A DNA stretch of 64,000 nt from Eledone cirrhosa (GCA_964016885.1 OZ024755.1:744001-808000); one strand, 5' to 3'; counted from the stretch's first letter, positions 37,612 to 51,996 are shown. The notes: generated by a model from the letters alone, not told the origin. Translations and numbers: made by a program.

Positions 37612-39929
37612 AAGTGTGTGAGTGTATTTATGTGTCTGACTGTGTATAAACATAGGTGTATTGTTTTTTACTTAAATGGGTTTTTTGTATGAGACCAGTG
37701 TGAAAGACCGGTGTGTGTAAATAAATATCAAATGATTTAGATATTATTATATAAATTTATATGTAAGTGTAGAGTATGTGATGGAGTTTAGTTTAATATC
37801 AATTCAGTATAGATGACTGCAAGATAGTGAATCTATCAAATGACAAAATCTTTCCTGCCTCCAACTAGAAAATCTAGTATCTAAATCACTTCTTATTACA
37901 TTTTAATTCACTTGTGTTATTTTGTTTAGATATTTTGTCAACTTTTCCTGTTTAACGAAGCAGCCACATTTCTGTTGATTTGTTCCAACATAATTAAATT
38001 GTTGAATAAATATCTTAGCTGTCATCAAACCTACATTAATCCAAGATTAAGTGAAATACTTTTAGTGAGTGAAAGACAGGTGACCATAACCAGTTGTTTG
38101 AAAATTAAATTTAAATCCCTCAACTTTCAGATTTATTTAATGAATATCAACTTGGAAGAAGAACTAGTAAAAAATGAAAGTAGATTGTAAAAGATGAATA
38201 TAGATGGTAAAGAAAAGGAAAAAATTTAATCTTATCGTAGAAGTTAATTGTTTTTACAGACTAATCAAATAAATAATGAAATAAAGAAAATATGAAATAA
38301 TATGATTGTTCACATTTGAAAGTTATTCTTCGAAATATCATTATGGTGTTTACTTACATTATTTTAACAAATGATTGGCAGTATCAGTAGAGTGTTGGAC
38401 AATGTGCTTTGCAGCATAGAGTTATGGTTCTTTACATTCTGAATTCAAATCCCACCGAGGTTAGCTTTGACTTTCAGACTCAGAGAATATCAAAGATTGA
38501 GTCATCATAACTTCCTGAAAGATTTGTACTGTTCTAAAATATTATTAGAATAAACAATGAGTTTCTATAATACAGCATATACTGGGTGTATTTTATCATA
38601 ACACCAGTACTATCGAGGTTGTCATGATATTAACACAACTGAAGAGTCCACATAACCCTTTGCTTGGCCAGGCTTCTACAGATGGATGCCCTACCTAACA
38701 CTAATATGTAAACCATATCCCAGCATGTCAGTAGATCCACCACCCCAACACCAGCCCTCATGACAAGTAAGATTAATTCCAGCTTTTAGTAAGGAAGGCG
38801 GCCTTAAAACATTTGTTGTTGTTGTTGCAATACATTATTTGAAATGCAACTTAACAAAAGGTTCTTATGTCAAATTATGTTGGAAGAATGATTTTAATTT
38901 TAATAGGAGCCCTTTAAAAACTGCAGTTTTCTTTTATAGAGCCTGAAATAGTTTTTGAGTTAAAGGATTTTTATTTAAATTTTCTAAAAGAAATTATTTT
39001 TCTCATAGCAACCTTTCTAATATTTTTTTTATTTCTTTTTAGTTTTTCAAATATCAATGAATTCCATTTCTGGTGAGTAAAAAATACAAAATAATAATTT
39101 TGTTTTTAACAATGTCAGCTAAAATTACTGCCATTTGCTTCATACAATGGCAAGAAATCAGGGAAAAAAATATATTAAAGATTCTGCTTAACGATTCAAC
39201 AATTAAGATGATGCCTTTAGGATTCTGTTTAGTGTAGCATCTAATAAATGACACCATTATAAAAGTAAAAAACAAAATCTCTGGCTTTCAGTAACTGCTG
39301 TTGGCTTGTATTTCTCAAAGACAATTCTGGTTAAGTAACCATAGTTTTTTTACATTTTCTTTGTTTTCACAATGAAACATTAGAAATATATGAGATTTTC
39401 ATAGTTGTTGGTTATAAACCAAAGTCTTAGATAGCTTTGTTCTGAATAGCTTTGCTTCAATCTATTGAATTCGTTAGTTTTAGAATTCTCATAACATTTA
39501 AATGTTTTTACTTATTTATTTTATTTATTTTTCATATAATATTTATTTTTATTTTTTTAATATTTTTAACTAACAATACTACCGAAAAAATGTGTTGAAC
39601 TTCTACCTTGAGGGTTAAAATTCTTACGGTTTCGGAATTTAACACTTCAATGTTTTGTCAATAATTCTGCATGTAAATTCCAAGAAAGAAACTAATATAC
39701 TGAAGAAATATTACGTCAGACTGTTGACTTAAGGGTTAAAAATTCTTTTGGTTTCAAAATTTCTTTAACATTGCAACATTTTGATAATTTTTTTCCATAT
39801 TTCTTTTTTCTTTAAATGATACAAACTAATGGAGAAATGATGTGTTTAATAACTAACTTAAAGGTTATAAGTTCAAATGTTGCTTGAATATCATAGGTTC
39901 CTATCACACATTATTACTGACAAGTTTAC

Positions 39930-40097
39930 GGTGGATTGGCAGTAATAGTAGAGGGTCGGACACCATGCTTTGACGCATAGAGTTATGCCTCTTGCCATTC
40001 TGAGTTCAAATCCTGCCTTTCATCCTTACGGGGTCGATAAAATAAAGTACCAGTAATGCACTGGGTAATTTCTGGCTTTGTGCCAAAAGTAGAAACA
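39930..40097 (+). mobile_element. SINE family 1 with ~20-bp target-site duplication
   Basis: ATTATTACTGACAAGTTT(T)AC at 39910-39929 and 40098-40118. Confidence 0.92.
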
Positions 40098-40174
40098 ATT
40101 ATTACTGACAAGTTTTACAATATCATATCAATGTTGTAATCTGTAAGAAAACCATCAGATATTACTGATATTTT

Positions 40175-40322
40175 AAGGAGTTTTCTTCACAACCAATCCA
40201 TTCTGGGATTCTGGGTTCAATCCTACCTCATGGCACCTTAGGTAAGTATTTTCTGTTATAGCCTCAGGTTGACATATACCTTGTGAATGGAATTTGGTAG
40301 ACAGAAACTGCAAAAAAGCCTG
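40175..40322 (+). mobile_element. tRNA-derived SINE family 3, 5' part
   Basis: GGTTCAATCC B box, then GGCACCTTAGGTAAG...CCTTGTGAATGGAATTTGGTAGACAGAAACTG. Related pieces at 25200-25260, 48280-48362(-), 57945-58042. Confidence 0.7.
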
Positions 40323-40344
40323 ATACTACAGATATGTGGTTATA

Positions 40345-40580
40345 ATGCCTCAGGAAAGAACCATTTAACAGGTTTTAGAGGCAAAGTCAACTGGTAGAAG
40401 ACCTAGAGGGAGACTAGTAGCAAGATGGTTGGATAATATCCATGAGTTCAGTCGGTCTTAGTTGGGGATCCAGCTGGTCAATTGGAGATGGTTACTTCTG
40501 ATAGAAACTTCTAGAAAGTGAGTCTGCCCCCCCCCCCCCCCCCCCAATGACCTTCTCAGGAACAAGTGGGTGAAGATGAA
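40345..40580 (+). mobile_element. Old RTE (Expander/Rex3-like) 3' end
   Basis: QVLEAKSTGRRPRGRLVARWLDNI, then CTGCCCCC...GACC...GAAGATG terminus. Confidence 0.6.
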
Positions 40581-43500
40581 AAAGAAGAGAAAAAAGGTAT
40601 GAAAATTACTATTGTGTTCAAATATTGATAAAATTATAAATTATTAAATAGATTTGACATTACTATAGATAGATTTTTCTTGTTTCATTTTTTTTCAGAA
40701 AATATCTAATAAATTTCGTTTTGTTCTCAATTATATTTGTTGTCAGGTGATAAATTTTAGGAATAAAGTCAATATTTTATATAATTGGATTATAATTCAA
40801 TACAACACAAACTAAGAAATTACATTGGAAAATTGAAAGTTATAAGATTTTTTAATATATTTAATATATTTTGGTTCAGACTTTCACAGGTCAGAATTGT
40901 TATGGCTGGTGAGATTGATACCAGTTATATTCCACATGAACTAGATAGTAAATAGTAACAGACTTTTATAATGTTTAATATGTATGCTGTAGAAATTAGC
41001 TCATCTAATGTAATACGAGGATTACAAAAATATGATCATACATCTGTCAGTTAAAATTTTGTGCAGAACCTCTGAAAAAGGTTAATAAATGGTGGTGCCC
41101 CAGCATGGCCCCAGCCCCTCGGCTGTAATAGAGTAAAACCTTTAATTTTATTAATTTTTAGCTGACACCAACATTGTTACCCTCACTACTTTTACTTCCA
41201 ATCAACACAACACTATTTGTTAAATCAATGCTATTTCTATATTTCGATATATTCCCAATAATAAAAATTAAATCACCCCCCCCCCCCCCAAAAAAAAAAA
41301 CAAATGGAGTGTTAAATCTATAATTGTTAAAAAATGTAAAAGAAAAACAACAAAACAGATCTGTTGATCTGCATTTAAATTGAATAATCATAAAATAATA
41401 GTATTTAAATTGGATACTGGCATAAGATGCATCAGATTTAAAGTACATGCAGTGATTTCTTAGTTTATAGACAAGAAGAAGAAGAATTCAAGTTTGATCT
41501 ATTCTTAGCTGTGGAATATTCAGATCAAAATATATTTCAGATGTTCCATAAAAGAATAAAAACAAACCAAAAGTATAAATGTACAAAAAAAAACTTTATT
41601 TCATCTAAATGAACATTGGAATGGTTGAGTGGTTAAGAAACTTTATGAATGAAATTTGGTAGACCAATTCTGTTGCAAATATTTGGGGTAAAGTCTTTAA
41701 TCTGTGGATTCTCATGGCCTAGTGGTTAGGACGTTGAACTTACGATCATAATGTCATGGATTCCATTCCTCGACTGAGTTGTGTGTTGTGTTCTTGAGCA
41801 AAACACTTCATTTCATGCTGCTCCAGTATATTTAGCTGAAAATAGGTAGCAGCAATAACTTAGACTATAATAAATGTCCACAATATCTGGTGATAAAACT
41901 GCAAACTTTTGGGCCAAGAAACAACTTTTTTTCTTTACTTTTTTTTAAACTAAACTGTTCAGAAATTGTTTTTCAATTGGTTAAAAAATATCTAAATATT
42001 TAAATAGCTTCAGTTAAAGTGAAAACAAGAACTGCTGGAAGTAATTGGGAGTATCACAGCTGAATTTGCTTTTGATTATTAAATCATTACCATGTCAGCA
42101 GTGAATATGTGATGTAATATAACAAACAAATACTTAACAAAAATATTTCACCAGAAAATTGTCAATTTTACCCTAACCTTATTTTATTTTATTTTATTAT
42201 TTTTTTGTTTAATATTTTTTATGTTATGAAATTTTTTAAAGTTTGTGTCTGTCTATTTTGTGATTACGGAATTAGAATTATTGAAGAAATTAAGGAAAAT
42301 ATGAAAATTATGCTTAATATTTCCACAAGACAAGATAAATTGAGTGATCAAATTTATTTTCTGACTTCATAGAAATTCACTTAATCCTGTTAATATTAAG
42401 CATGTGGTGCATTAAAGCAAAGTGAAAATGTTTTTAACTTGACAGCCGATGTCAGAAGAAGACTTCTTTTAAATCTCTTAACAAAATATTTGATGACAGA
42501 GTAGTATGGAGAATGAGTTCCTTTGCTTCACTTTTTACACACAAGTGTTTCTCGATAAATACATATAAAACCAATAAATTTTAACAACCAAATGAGATGA
42601 GGAATCCTTTTGCCCAGTTGTTAAGCTGCTAGAAATAGCAACCAAATCTACTTCCTTTTTTTTTTAACACAAGTATTTCTGTATAAATACAAAGGTCAGC
42701 TTGTAAACTTTTCAACTGACCCTGCTTACCAAGATTCCTTTCTTAAGACAATAGGACGTAATTTGAGTACATTTGGCTGCTATTTTTAGTAGGTTCATGA
42801 TCATGGTCCGTCTATCAATGGTTGGTAGAGTGACTTCGTCTTGGTCTTTTATTATTTTATATTTTTTATTACTATTTATTAATATAGATGATTATTAAAT
42901 GTATATTTTGTGAAAATAAAATTTTTTTTTTTCCCCCATTAGCAAAGTAATTTTATAGTGAAATGAGCAATAACATACTTACTGTAGCGAACCAAGAAAT
43001 TTTAATCATTTGAAATTACATCTGTAAGGAGGAGGGGAAGAAATCATTATTTAACTGATAAATTCTGGTCGAGAAAGGTAGGGGAGAAAACTCTGGAGTT
43101 TAAATTGATTAGAATTTATTAAAAAATATAATGCAGTGAGAAGTGAGACACATTTTTATCAGTATGGTAACAGCTATAGATATGTTTTGGTCTTAGACTA
43201 TATTAGCAGTTGTTTTTATGTGAGGATTGGTTCAACATTTGTCCAACTATACACGGCACATTCTTAGCAAATCTTCCTCTAAATTATCCATTTCCAAACC
43301 ACTAAGCTCACCACCATGTATACATATATATCCCAAATGTGAAAATATCTCTGGTCACTGCAAACTAACAACACCACTGGTCTGGAAAATATTTCTTTTA
43401 TTATTACTCTCAAACAATCATCCCAGATCTCCTATACTCACCATATTCTTCAATCTCTCTATCTATCTACCTATCTATCTACCTATCTATCTTTATCTCT

Positions 43501-44065
43501 CTCTCTCTCTCTCTCTCTCTCCACATATAGCCTAGTTGCTTCGCAACAATTCTCTCTCCTCCGTCTCTCTCTCTCTCTCTCCCTCTCTCCTTACACACCC
43601 TAAATGACCCACACCAATTCCCCATTGCCATCATCAGTAGTAAACATATAAAGAACAAATTCCTGTCAGGTTAAACCAATCTTGTTTCTTTTAACAACAA
43701 AAAAACCACAACCATTAAACATAACAAGAAAATTACATATATTAAAAATAATAAAATAATAATATTATATCTGAAATAATTTTCACCTTTAAATGTTTTC
43801 TTTTTCTGAACATATTTATAAGCTTGTTTTCATATAAGTCTGATTAAATTTTACATGAATTATCCATGGCGGTATCAATTTTGACATGAATACCAACAGA
43901 TTTTCTAGAAGAGAAATCTTAAAATTTGCAGCTGCTTGGATATTGATGAAATACAATTGACGAAGAGTTTCACACACAGATATAAAAACTGTATATTTTA
44001 TATTTAACAATGTGTAACTAGATGTGTTTAGCTGAAGACTGGCTGTTTCACACATACCATTAAAG

Positions 44066-44203
44066 TTTATTTTTCAACATAGTCCCTAGAAAGAAGCAAT
44101 GAAGTTATCAATAAGAAGAGTTGAAATTAATGCATACAAAATTTCACAGCTCTAGCATCATTCCTTCATAGTCAGCCTATGAACTTTCCAGCCCACCCTC
44201 GTA
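44066..44203. mobile_element. Mariner-type MITE fragment ending in TIR and TA
   Basis: Ends CAGCCCACCCTCG|TA; starts with the reverse complement of GGGACTATGTTGAAAAATAA (GDYVEK*). A second solo TIR is at 44539-44600. Confidence 0.75.
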
Positions 44204-45650
44204 GACTGACTGTTTCACACACAAACATAAAACTGTATTTCATTTACTGAATATGAGAAATTATAATATTTTTAGTTACAGACAATTTTCAATCAACTAG
44301 AAATTAATCATAAACACTCAGGTGACTCATAAAATTTGGTAAATTTCTATAATATTATAATGTTAAGTATATATAAACTCTTGTATCACTTGCAAAACAT
44401 CAGACAAATGTAGCTTTATGGTTCCAGCAGATAGACTGGCAAATGTTTTACCCTGGAGGATAACAAGGGAGATATGTTGAAAGATCCTGTCTAACATTCT
44501 TGTAAATGGCCATCTCCATCTCCATCTTAATAGCAGTGCGAGGGTGGGCTGAAAAGTACACAGACTGACTATAAAGGAGTGATGCTAGAGATGTGAAAAC
44601 TTGCATGTGGTTATTTTCCCCAACTGCACCTGATAAATACGGCCCTGAATATATGGTAACATTATCAGAGTTTACTCTGCTGCAATATTTGAAAAAGAAA
44701 TGAAATGGGGCCAATTGTCAGATCAGACCTAGGAGACTATTACTTTTAGTCTTTCCATTGCTGATACTATCTTACTGATCACAACTCCTGGCAAATAGAG
44801 CAATGTGAAATAAAGTGTCTTTCTCAAGAACATAACTCACTGCATGGCCCAGTCCAGGAATCAAACTCACAACCTTACAATTGTGAACCCAATTCTCTAA
44901 CCACTAAGCCACATACACCTTCACAATGACAGTAAATTGAATTAAAAACTAATGTGAAATATGTATTTCAGATATCAACTGTATGGCAGCAACATGTTTC
45001 ACAGATCAATGGACTTTACTATAAAATATGTAATATGTAATATAAAGACAAGAAAAACTGATTATCTAGAAATATGATATTGTTGTCTCTCTGGGAAGAA
45101 AATATATTATTCTTTAAGCTGTGGTAGTTCTTTTAGAGCTGCAGGGATCAAGGGGTGGGGTGGGTGACAATGTGGAGTATGAGCTGTGTGATTAATGTTG
45201 ATCTTTGATGGTGGCTGTTTACTGTATTGTACCATATAGTGTTCACTATAGTGTATGAAGGGACTAGGCATAATGTGTATATATACATATATATAGTGTG
45301 TGTGTATATGGATACATACATATATATAGTGTGTGTATGCACATACATGTATATATATATATAAGTACCCAGTCCAACCTGTCAGTTGGTGGTTTTGGTG
45401 GCCACGATATAAGTCTCGCAGTGGTTAGTGTTGGGGGGGGGGGGGTCCAAGCTGTAGAAACCAAGCCAGAAACAGTTCTGTATGAGCAAGTCCCGGTCAC
45501 CTGATCTGGCTTGTCTCACAACAGGACAACTCAACTAACATGTACTACTATGGAAAAATGGATGTTAAACAGTGGTGATGATGATATTATATATATATAT
45601 AAACCCTTGCTAGATGGGAAAGCAGGCATTAAAATGACAAAGATGATGAT

Positions 45651-45683
<33 letters not shown>

Positions 45684-45687
45684 CTGA

Positions 45688-45880
45688 TTAATATTCAAAG
45701 CCATCCTCAGCATTCTCAGAGCCTCCCGAAAGTGACACAGAGGAGACTGAGGTTAACATATGTTGATGCCCTAAGGGCAGACACTGGTCTCTTGGAGACG
45801 CAGGACATGGCAGCAATAATGAGGGACAGAGACCGCTGGAGAGAACTTGTCCATGGATCTCGGGAATTTTACCCACCCTA
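45688..45880 (+). mobile_element. Rearranged RTE 3' fragment
   Basis: Plus strand SLPKVTQRRLRLTYVDALRADTGLLETQDMAAIMRDRDRWRELV, preceded by an inverted piece encoding RMLRMALNIN. Confidence 0.65.
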
Positions 45881-45907
45881 GATATATATATATATATATA
45901 GATATAT

Positions 45908-46080
45908 GTAAAAAGTAAACAGAAATAACAACACAATCGGTACAGTATATGGAAGGGATATATTAGGTTAACGCTTGATATAGCAGGAAGAGGGTCTTAA
46001 TGTTTCGGACACTAGTCCTTCATCAGAAGAAAGAATGAGAAATAAGATAGATTGAGAGGACGGATGGAATTGGAAAAAAT
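45908..46080 (-). mobile_element. Penelope-like pLTR remnant with hammerhead (45995-46030)
   Basis: Reverse complement of 56740-56917; tctt CTGATGA A GGAC-tagt-GTCC GAAA CATT aaga. Confidence 0.75.
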
Positions 46081-48566
46081 CTATATATATATATATATGA
46101 TGATGATGATGATGATATATATATGTTTATATATATATTGTAAGGAAATACTCGCCCAATTTTGGTCCAATAAAATGCTAAGCTATAAAAATATTCTATA
46201 TTTTACAACTTTTGTGATGAGATGAAAGAACAAAATGTCAAAAAGAAGATAACATTTCAACAGCTTCCCAAGTAGAAAATAATGTTTAAAATAAAAGAGG
46301 AAAAAGAATATCAAATAATTGTGACTCTTTAAAAAGATAGGACGAGAAAAAATAGTAGAGTTTTATACTTAAAATGTATTTTATCCAAGTTTTGAAAGTG
46401 TTTAAATATCTATTTATCTAACCGCATACATTGACACAGGCAGACGACCACATTCATACACACATATGCACATAGTCACACACATACACATGCACACACA
46501 TGCACATATACACAGTCATACATACACATACACATGACCACACACACACGCCTAGTTACAACCATACACAGACAGTCACATACACACATCTATACATACA
46601 CAATCACACATATCCACAATCACACATGTATACACACAGTTACATACACAGTCACACACACACATATATATACATACACACACACATTAGCATATCCATG
46701 TTACTTTAAAAATTGAATTATGTCTTTTCGCTTGTTTTGTGATGTATTTTGTGGTGCTTTTTTGTGTGTTTGTTGTTTTTCTTTGTTTTCTGTTTTGTTC
46801 TATTAATTCTATTAGTTTGGAAGAATTTAATGTTATCTGGAGGTGTGTTTGGTTATCAGTTTAACAAATCAACTGCTTGAAGCAGTCAGAAAGTCTGCTG
46901 TGGTGAAAGAAAGACAAGGGAATCCATAATAAACCATGGAATGGCATTAGTGTTAAACATTGACAACATTTATGTTGAAGAGTCAGGAATGTTTGAAACA
47001 ACTTTATGGCAAAATATTATATATATTATATCATATATATAAAATATAGATACATCATATATACATCATATATATAAAATATATATACATCATATATACA
47101 TCATATATATAAAATATATATACATCATATATACATCATATATATAAAATATATATACATCATATATATATAATACATATATAGCTTTATTACTTTACAA
47201 TATATAATATATATATATATAAAATTTTACAATATATATAATATATATATAAAACTACAATATATATAATATATATAAAAAATTTTACAATATATATAAT
47301 ATATATATTACTTTACAATATATATATATATTACTTTAGAACATAAATTATAAATAAAACTTTACAATATATAAATAAAACATTACATGCTATGGAGAGA
47401 CAGAGACAGTGTGAGAGAGAGATAGTGAGAGAGAGAGAGTAATACATGAATATTTTTGAAATTTTAAAATCTTTTTCTCTTTTCTCTCTCCTCTGTAAGT
47501 AAAACAAGAAATTAAAACCACTCTAAATGTTAAAACATTGGTGATAACAACTGGACATTTGGATATTTTATTTCTAATTTTAAAAATCCAAAGATCAGAA
47601 ATTGAAAAATAAAAATAAAAAAATAAAAAGTCGAATATAAAAAAAAAATTGATCATATTTTTCTTCCACCCCCAATTACCCCTGGCTATTTTTAATTTCT
47701 TCCATCAACCCCCCTCCCCACATACCCCTTGCTATCTTATCTCCCTTTACCCCCACACCCCTGGCTATTTATATTTCCACCCACCCACTCACCCACCACC
47801 TGCCACACCCCCAAAACTCCCCTTAATGACGAAAGCTACCTTCTAAGATATTATCTTCCTCAAATATTATTCAATTTCATTTCTCACCTATTTAATTAAA
47901 TATATTTTATATTTTGTCCTTGTTGAGGTGGTGGTGGCAGTGGTGGTAGTGGTGATTCATTTACCATGAAAATGTAGAATCTAACATTACCGTTATTTTC
48001 CGTTTCTCTATAAATCAGAAAAGAAAAGAATAAGATTCAAAGTTGTCCTTTGTTGCCGTCAGCAACTAAATCATTTCTAACCCAAGAAACTCCATCACTT
48101 TTGTCAGTTCTTTATTCTCAGATATTTTTTAATCATTCCCCTAGTAGCTTCCAACAACAGAAGACTTGTCTCAAACTCTTGTAATGGACTCCATTAAAGA
48201 CATCCAAGAGTCACGTTAGTATAACTACCAAATTCACCTCTCAGAAATGTGAGTCTATTATAATAAATAAAAAAAATACTTGCTCGAGGTTCCCTGTTGT
48301 TAGGATCAAACCTGAAAGCATGTGCTTTCGAGGGAAACTGCTAAACCACACAGCCATGTCTGTACCAGTTAAGAGAGACAAAAACAGAATTAATGACATT
48401 TTCCAACAATAGAACACTGCATCAATGGTGTTATTTCAAATACCAATCCTTCAACTTAACTGAGAATATAATTGACTCAGCTAACTTCAATTCTTCAACT
48501 GGGAATGGAATTCTTCTATTTGAAAGAAGGAATTCATCATTGTAATAAGCTACTCTGCTTAATTTA

Positions 48567-48628
48567 TTAGGTTAGGGTTAGGGTGTGAGTTAGGTTTAGG
48601 GTTAGGGTAAGAGTTAGGGTTAGGGTTA
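48567..48628 (+). repeat. Interstitial telomere-like (TTAGGG)n tract
   Basis: About ten hexamers, roughly half exact TTAGGG. Confidence 0.8.
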
Positions 48629-49213
48629 TTTATTTAAGTTGTTTCTAATACGTTTTGATTTTTCTACCATACAATTCTTGGTTTGTAATTCATTACATTA
48701 CAGCATCAAATCCTTAAAGGCCGAGAAAAAGTTTAATATATTATCTTAGTAATAACTAAGCAGCCAACTATTCATAGTTAGTCGTAGCCGCACTGCTGCA
48801 TCACTTCCTAAACCAAAACAGTTAACTTTTGCTATGAATAGGTGCTATGGTGGATACAATTGGCAGGAGTGGGAACACTGTATAATTGATGAGAGTTTTG
48901 TTAACTGCCACTGACTGCTGGGTTTTAATTCTATCATTGGTGTTGAACTATAGAGACACAGTGATGAAATCGATAGAACTAATTACTTGTTAATGAGTGA
49001 GACTGATTAGGAAATCAGTCAAGCAATTCATTCAATCCCTCACATATGAGAGATATCATTTACCTATTTATTTATTTATTTTATAGGGGTTGACTCCAAA
49101 CCCTTTTCACCACTATTTGTGGACGAGCTAAGCAAGAAAGACTTATACCTTTAACACGAGGCTATTGGTAAAAGAAGAAACTTGCCTAAAATGCCATGCC
49201 ACACTAAAATAAT

Positions 49214-49394
49214 TGTTTCTACTTTTGGCACAAGGCCAGCAATTATCTCAGTGTATTACTGGTACTTTATTTTATCGACCCCGTAAGGATGAAAGGCAAA
49301 GTTAACCTCAGCAGGATTTGAACTCAGACCATAAAGGGCTGTAACTCTTTGCTGCAAAGCACGGCGTCCAACCCTCTACTGATACTGCCAATCC
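49214..49394 (-). mobile_element. SINE family 1 with 16-bp target-site duplication
   Basis: GCCACACTAAAATAAT at 49198-49213 and 49395-49410. Confidence 0.92.
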
Positions 49395-49848
49395 GCCACA
49401 CTAAAATAATGAAACCAAGACACCTGGACACCATGTAATTGTCAATCAAACTTCTTAACCACAAACTTCTTACACCTGAGTTCATGTTATTAAACATCTA
49501 GAGATATAATTAATTCTCAACTGACCTTTCAAGTTTCCTAAAATATATCAGTTGACCTTTATTTCAACAGCAGTTGTTTTTTATTACTATTATTATTATT
49601 ATTATTAAGGGCGATATAGTGGCAGAATCAGTAGAGCGTCAGACACCATGCTTTGCAGCATAGAGTTATGGCTCTTTGCGTTCTGATTTCATATCAAATG
49701 GACTTGCAATCAGGAGGTTGTGAGTTCAATTCTCAGACTGGGTGATATATATATATTAGTTCTTGGTTTACTGTGAATATATATATATATATATATATGT
49801 TGATTTAAAACTGCACTATCCACAAGTGTTTTTTAGCCTTCATATCAT

Positions 49849-49934
49849 GTTCTCCTGTTTTATCTGATGAAAACACAAATATTATTGCATGATGATGTTT
49901 GTTTTTGAAATGCGCATAATAAAATACATGGAAC
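49849..49934 (+). ncRNA. Degenerate hammerhead ribozyme motif
   Basis: ttat CTGATGA, long AT-rich stem II, GAAA TGCGC ataa, overlapping AATAAA. The cleavage triplet is damaged. Confidence 0.45.
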
Positions 49935-50026
49935 TCCTTTAACCATCTTTTGATCTTATATATATATATATATATATTGGTTCTACATTTACTGTGTATA
50001 TATATATATTAGTTCTTGGTTTACTG

Positions 50027-50064
<38 letters not shown>

Positions 50065-50596
50065 TTCTACGTTTACTGTGTATATATATATATTAGTTCT
50101 TGATTTACAGTATTCTATATAAAGTGTAAATAAAATCAACTAACATTTCATGGAAAAACAGTAATTTTTTCAGTCCATTTATTTAGAAATATATTAATTT
50201 TTTGCATTATATTCGTTATTTTATATTATATATATATAGTATTATATTTGTAATTTTATTTTATATTATATATATATTTTTTTTTATTGATTTTTTTTTC
50301 TCCATTTTTTTAGTGTTTATTTTATCATTTATTAATTCTTGCTATCACGGCATCATGACTATTCTCAACAACTTGAACATCCAATTCAAATTATTTCCAT
50401 CCACTTTCCTCTACCATTTTTATGTAATGGAATTGTTGCAAAATATCTAAATTGTTGTTGTTGTTATTGTTGTTGTTTCTCCTTCATTTGATCAAGCAAG
50501 GTTTGATCCTAAGAATCTGAAGAAATTAAATGACATTTACACAGCAACAGAATCAGAACAGCTGAACAAACTTTATCAATCTTTTCAATGTGCTGT

Positions 50597-50631
<35 letters not shown>

Positions 50632-51068
50632 AGTGATCATTTTATGCCTGTTTTCTCATGTTGATATGGGTTAGACTATATATATATATATATATATATT
50701 TCACTTTTGTATTTCTTTTGCAAGATTTTTTATCTGAAAACATGTATTGAAACAGATATTGCTATACTTTGGGAGAATCATCCTGCCAAAGTATAACAAT
50801 ATATATATATATATGTATATATATATATGATGATGATATATACACTTTATGGTTGTCCTTTTCTCTTCAGTGGTACATCTACTGTCAAGACATCACTACT
50901 GTAGCACATGATATTGCATAAATACACAATATACAACATGTAAAAAATATTTACACAGCTAAACATTAAACACACACGTATGTAGTACGTATTTGTTTAT
51001 ACACCAAAACATCAATCTATTCTAACATATATGTAAACATACACATACACACACACATATATATATTA

Positions 51069-51285
51069 CACGGTGTTTCTTGGGCATTTTAAGCCTGGTG
51101 GAGGGAATCCCTCTCTAGGATATATATATTAATAGTAATAATAATAAATGTGAAGACTAAAATTCAAAGAGGGCTCGATAAGGATAAATATATATCAAAT
51201 ATATAAGAACCCTAGAGCAAATATCTATTAAAATAACAAATTAAAGGTGAAAGCACCGATTCTTTGCTTAAACTTTAATCTGTTA

Positions 51286-51335
<50 letters not shown>

Positions 51336-51913
51336 TAAACGGAATAGAAAATGCTGACAAATTGTTCACAGTTGAAAAATGGTTTAATTAGGAATAAAAG
51401 AGTATTAGTGATTGTATGGGTTAGTATTCAGTTGTGGTTTTAAGTTTTTACCGGTTGCGCATTTCTAAATGCTTTTCAAAAATAATTTTGAGATAGAGTG
51501 TCCGTGCTGTTTGCTCTGATCTGATTAGTTTTGGGAATTCTACCTGTTTTTATGTTAAAAAAGTGGCTCCATGACCTCTACCGACCAATCAAAATTGTTT
51601 TGACCACAAGCATTTTTGCAACACAAAAATAACGCTGGAGCCACTTTTTTAACATAAAAACAGGTAGAATTCCCAAAACTAATCAGATCAGATCAAACAG
51701 CACGGACACTCTATCTCAAAATTAATTTTGAAAAGCATTTAGAAATGCGCAACCGGTAAAAACTTAAAAACTTAAAACCACAACTGAATACTAACCCATA
51801 CAATCACTAATACTCTTTTATTCCTAATTAAACCATTTTTCAACTGTGAACAATTTGTCAGCATTTTCTATTCCGTTTACCAATATATAATAACTTGTGT
51901 GTTACACCTCTAT

Positions 51914-51945
<32 letters not shown>

Positions 51946-51996
51946 CCTGGAGAGAGATGGCCTCCAGCAGGTTTTAAATGCCCAAGAAATGCTGTG
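51069..51996. mobile_element. Palindromic Tc1/mariner-like MITE (52-bp arms) split by nested insertions
   Basis: 51069-51120 and 51945-51996 are diverged inverted repeats, with TA before the left arm. A solo arm is at ~60694-60748. Confidence 0.7.
51331..51884. repeat. Near-perfect ~240-bp inverted repeat with 64-nt loop
   Basis: Arms 51331-51571 and 51636-51884; by eye two substitutions and one 8-bp duplication. Confidence 0.95.

Noticed and set aside
44142-44600. Single mariner element bounded by two TIRs
   Set aside because: The TIRs face outward, so they belong to two separate fragments.
48145-48248. Coding exon ending at AAAT|GTGAGT (similar candidate at 30667)
   Set aside because: Stops in all three frames and no recognisable homology.
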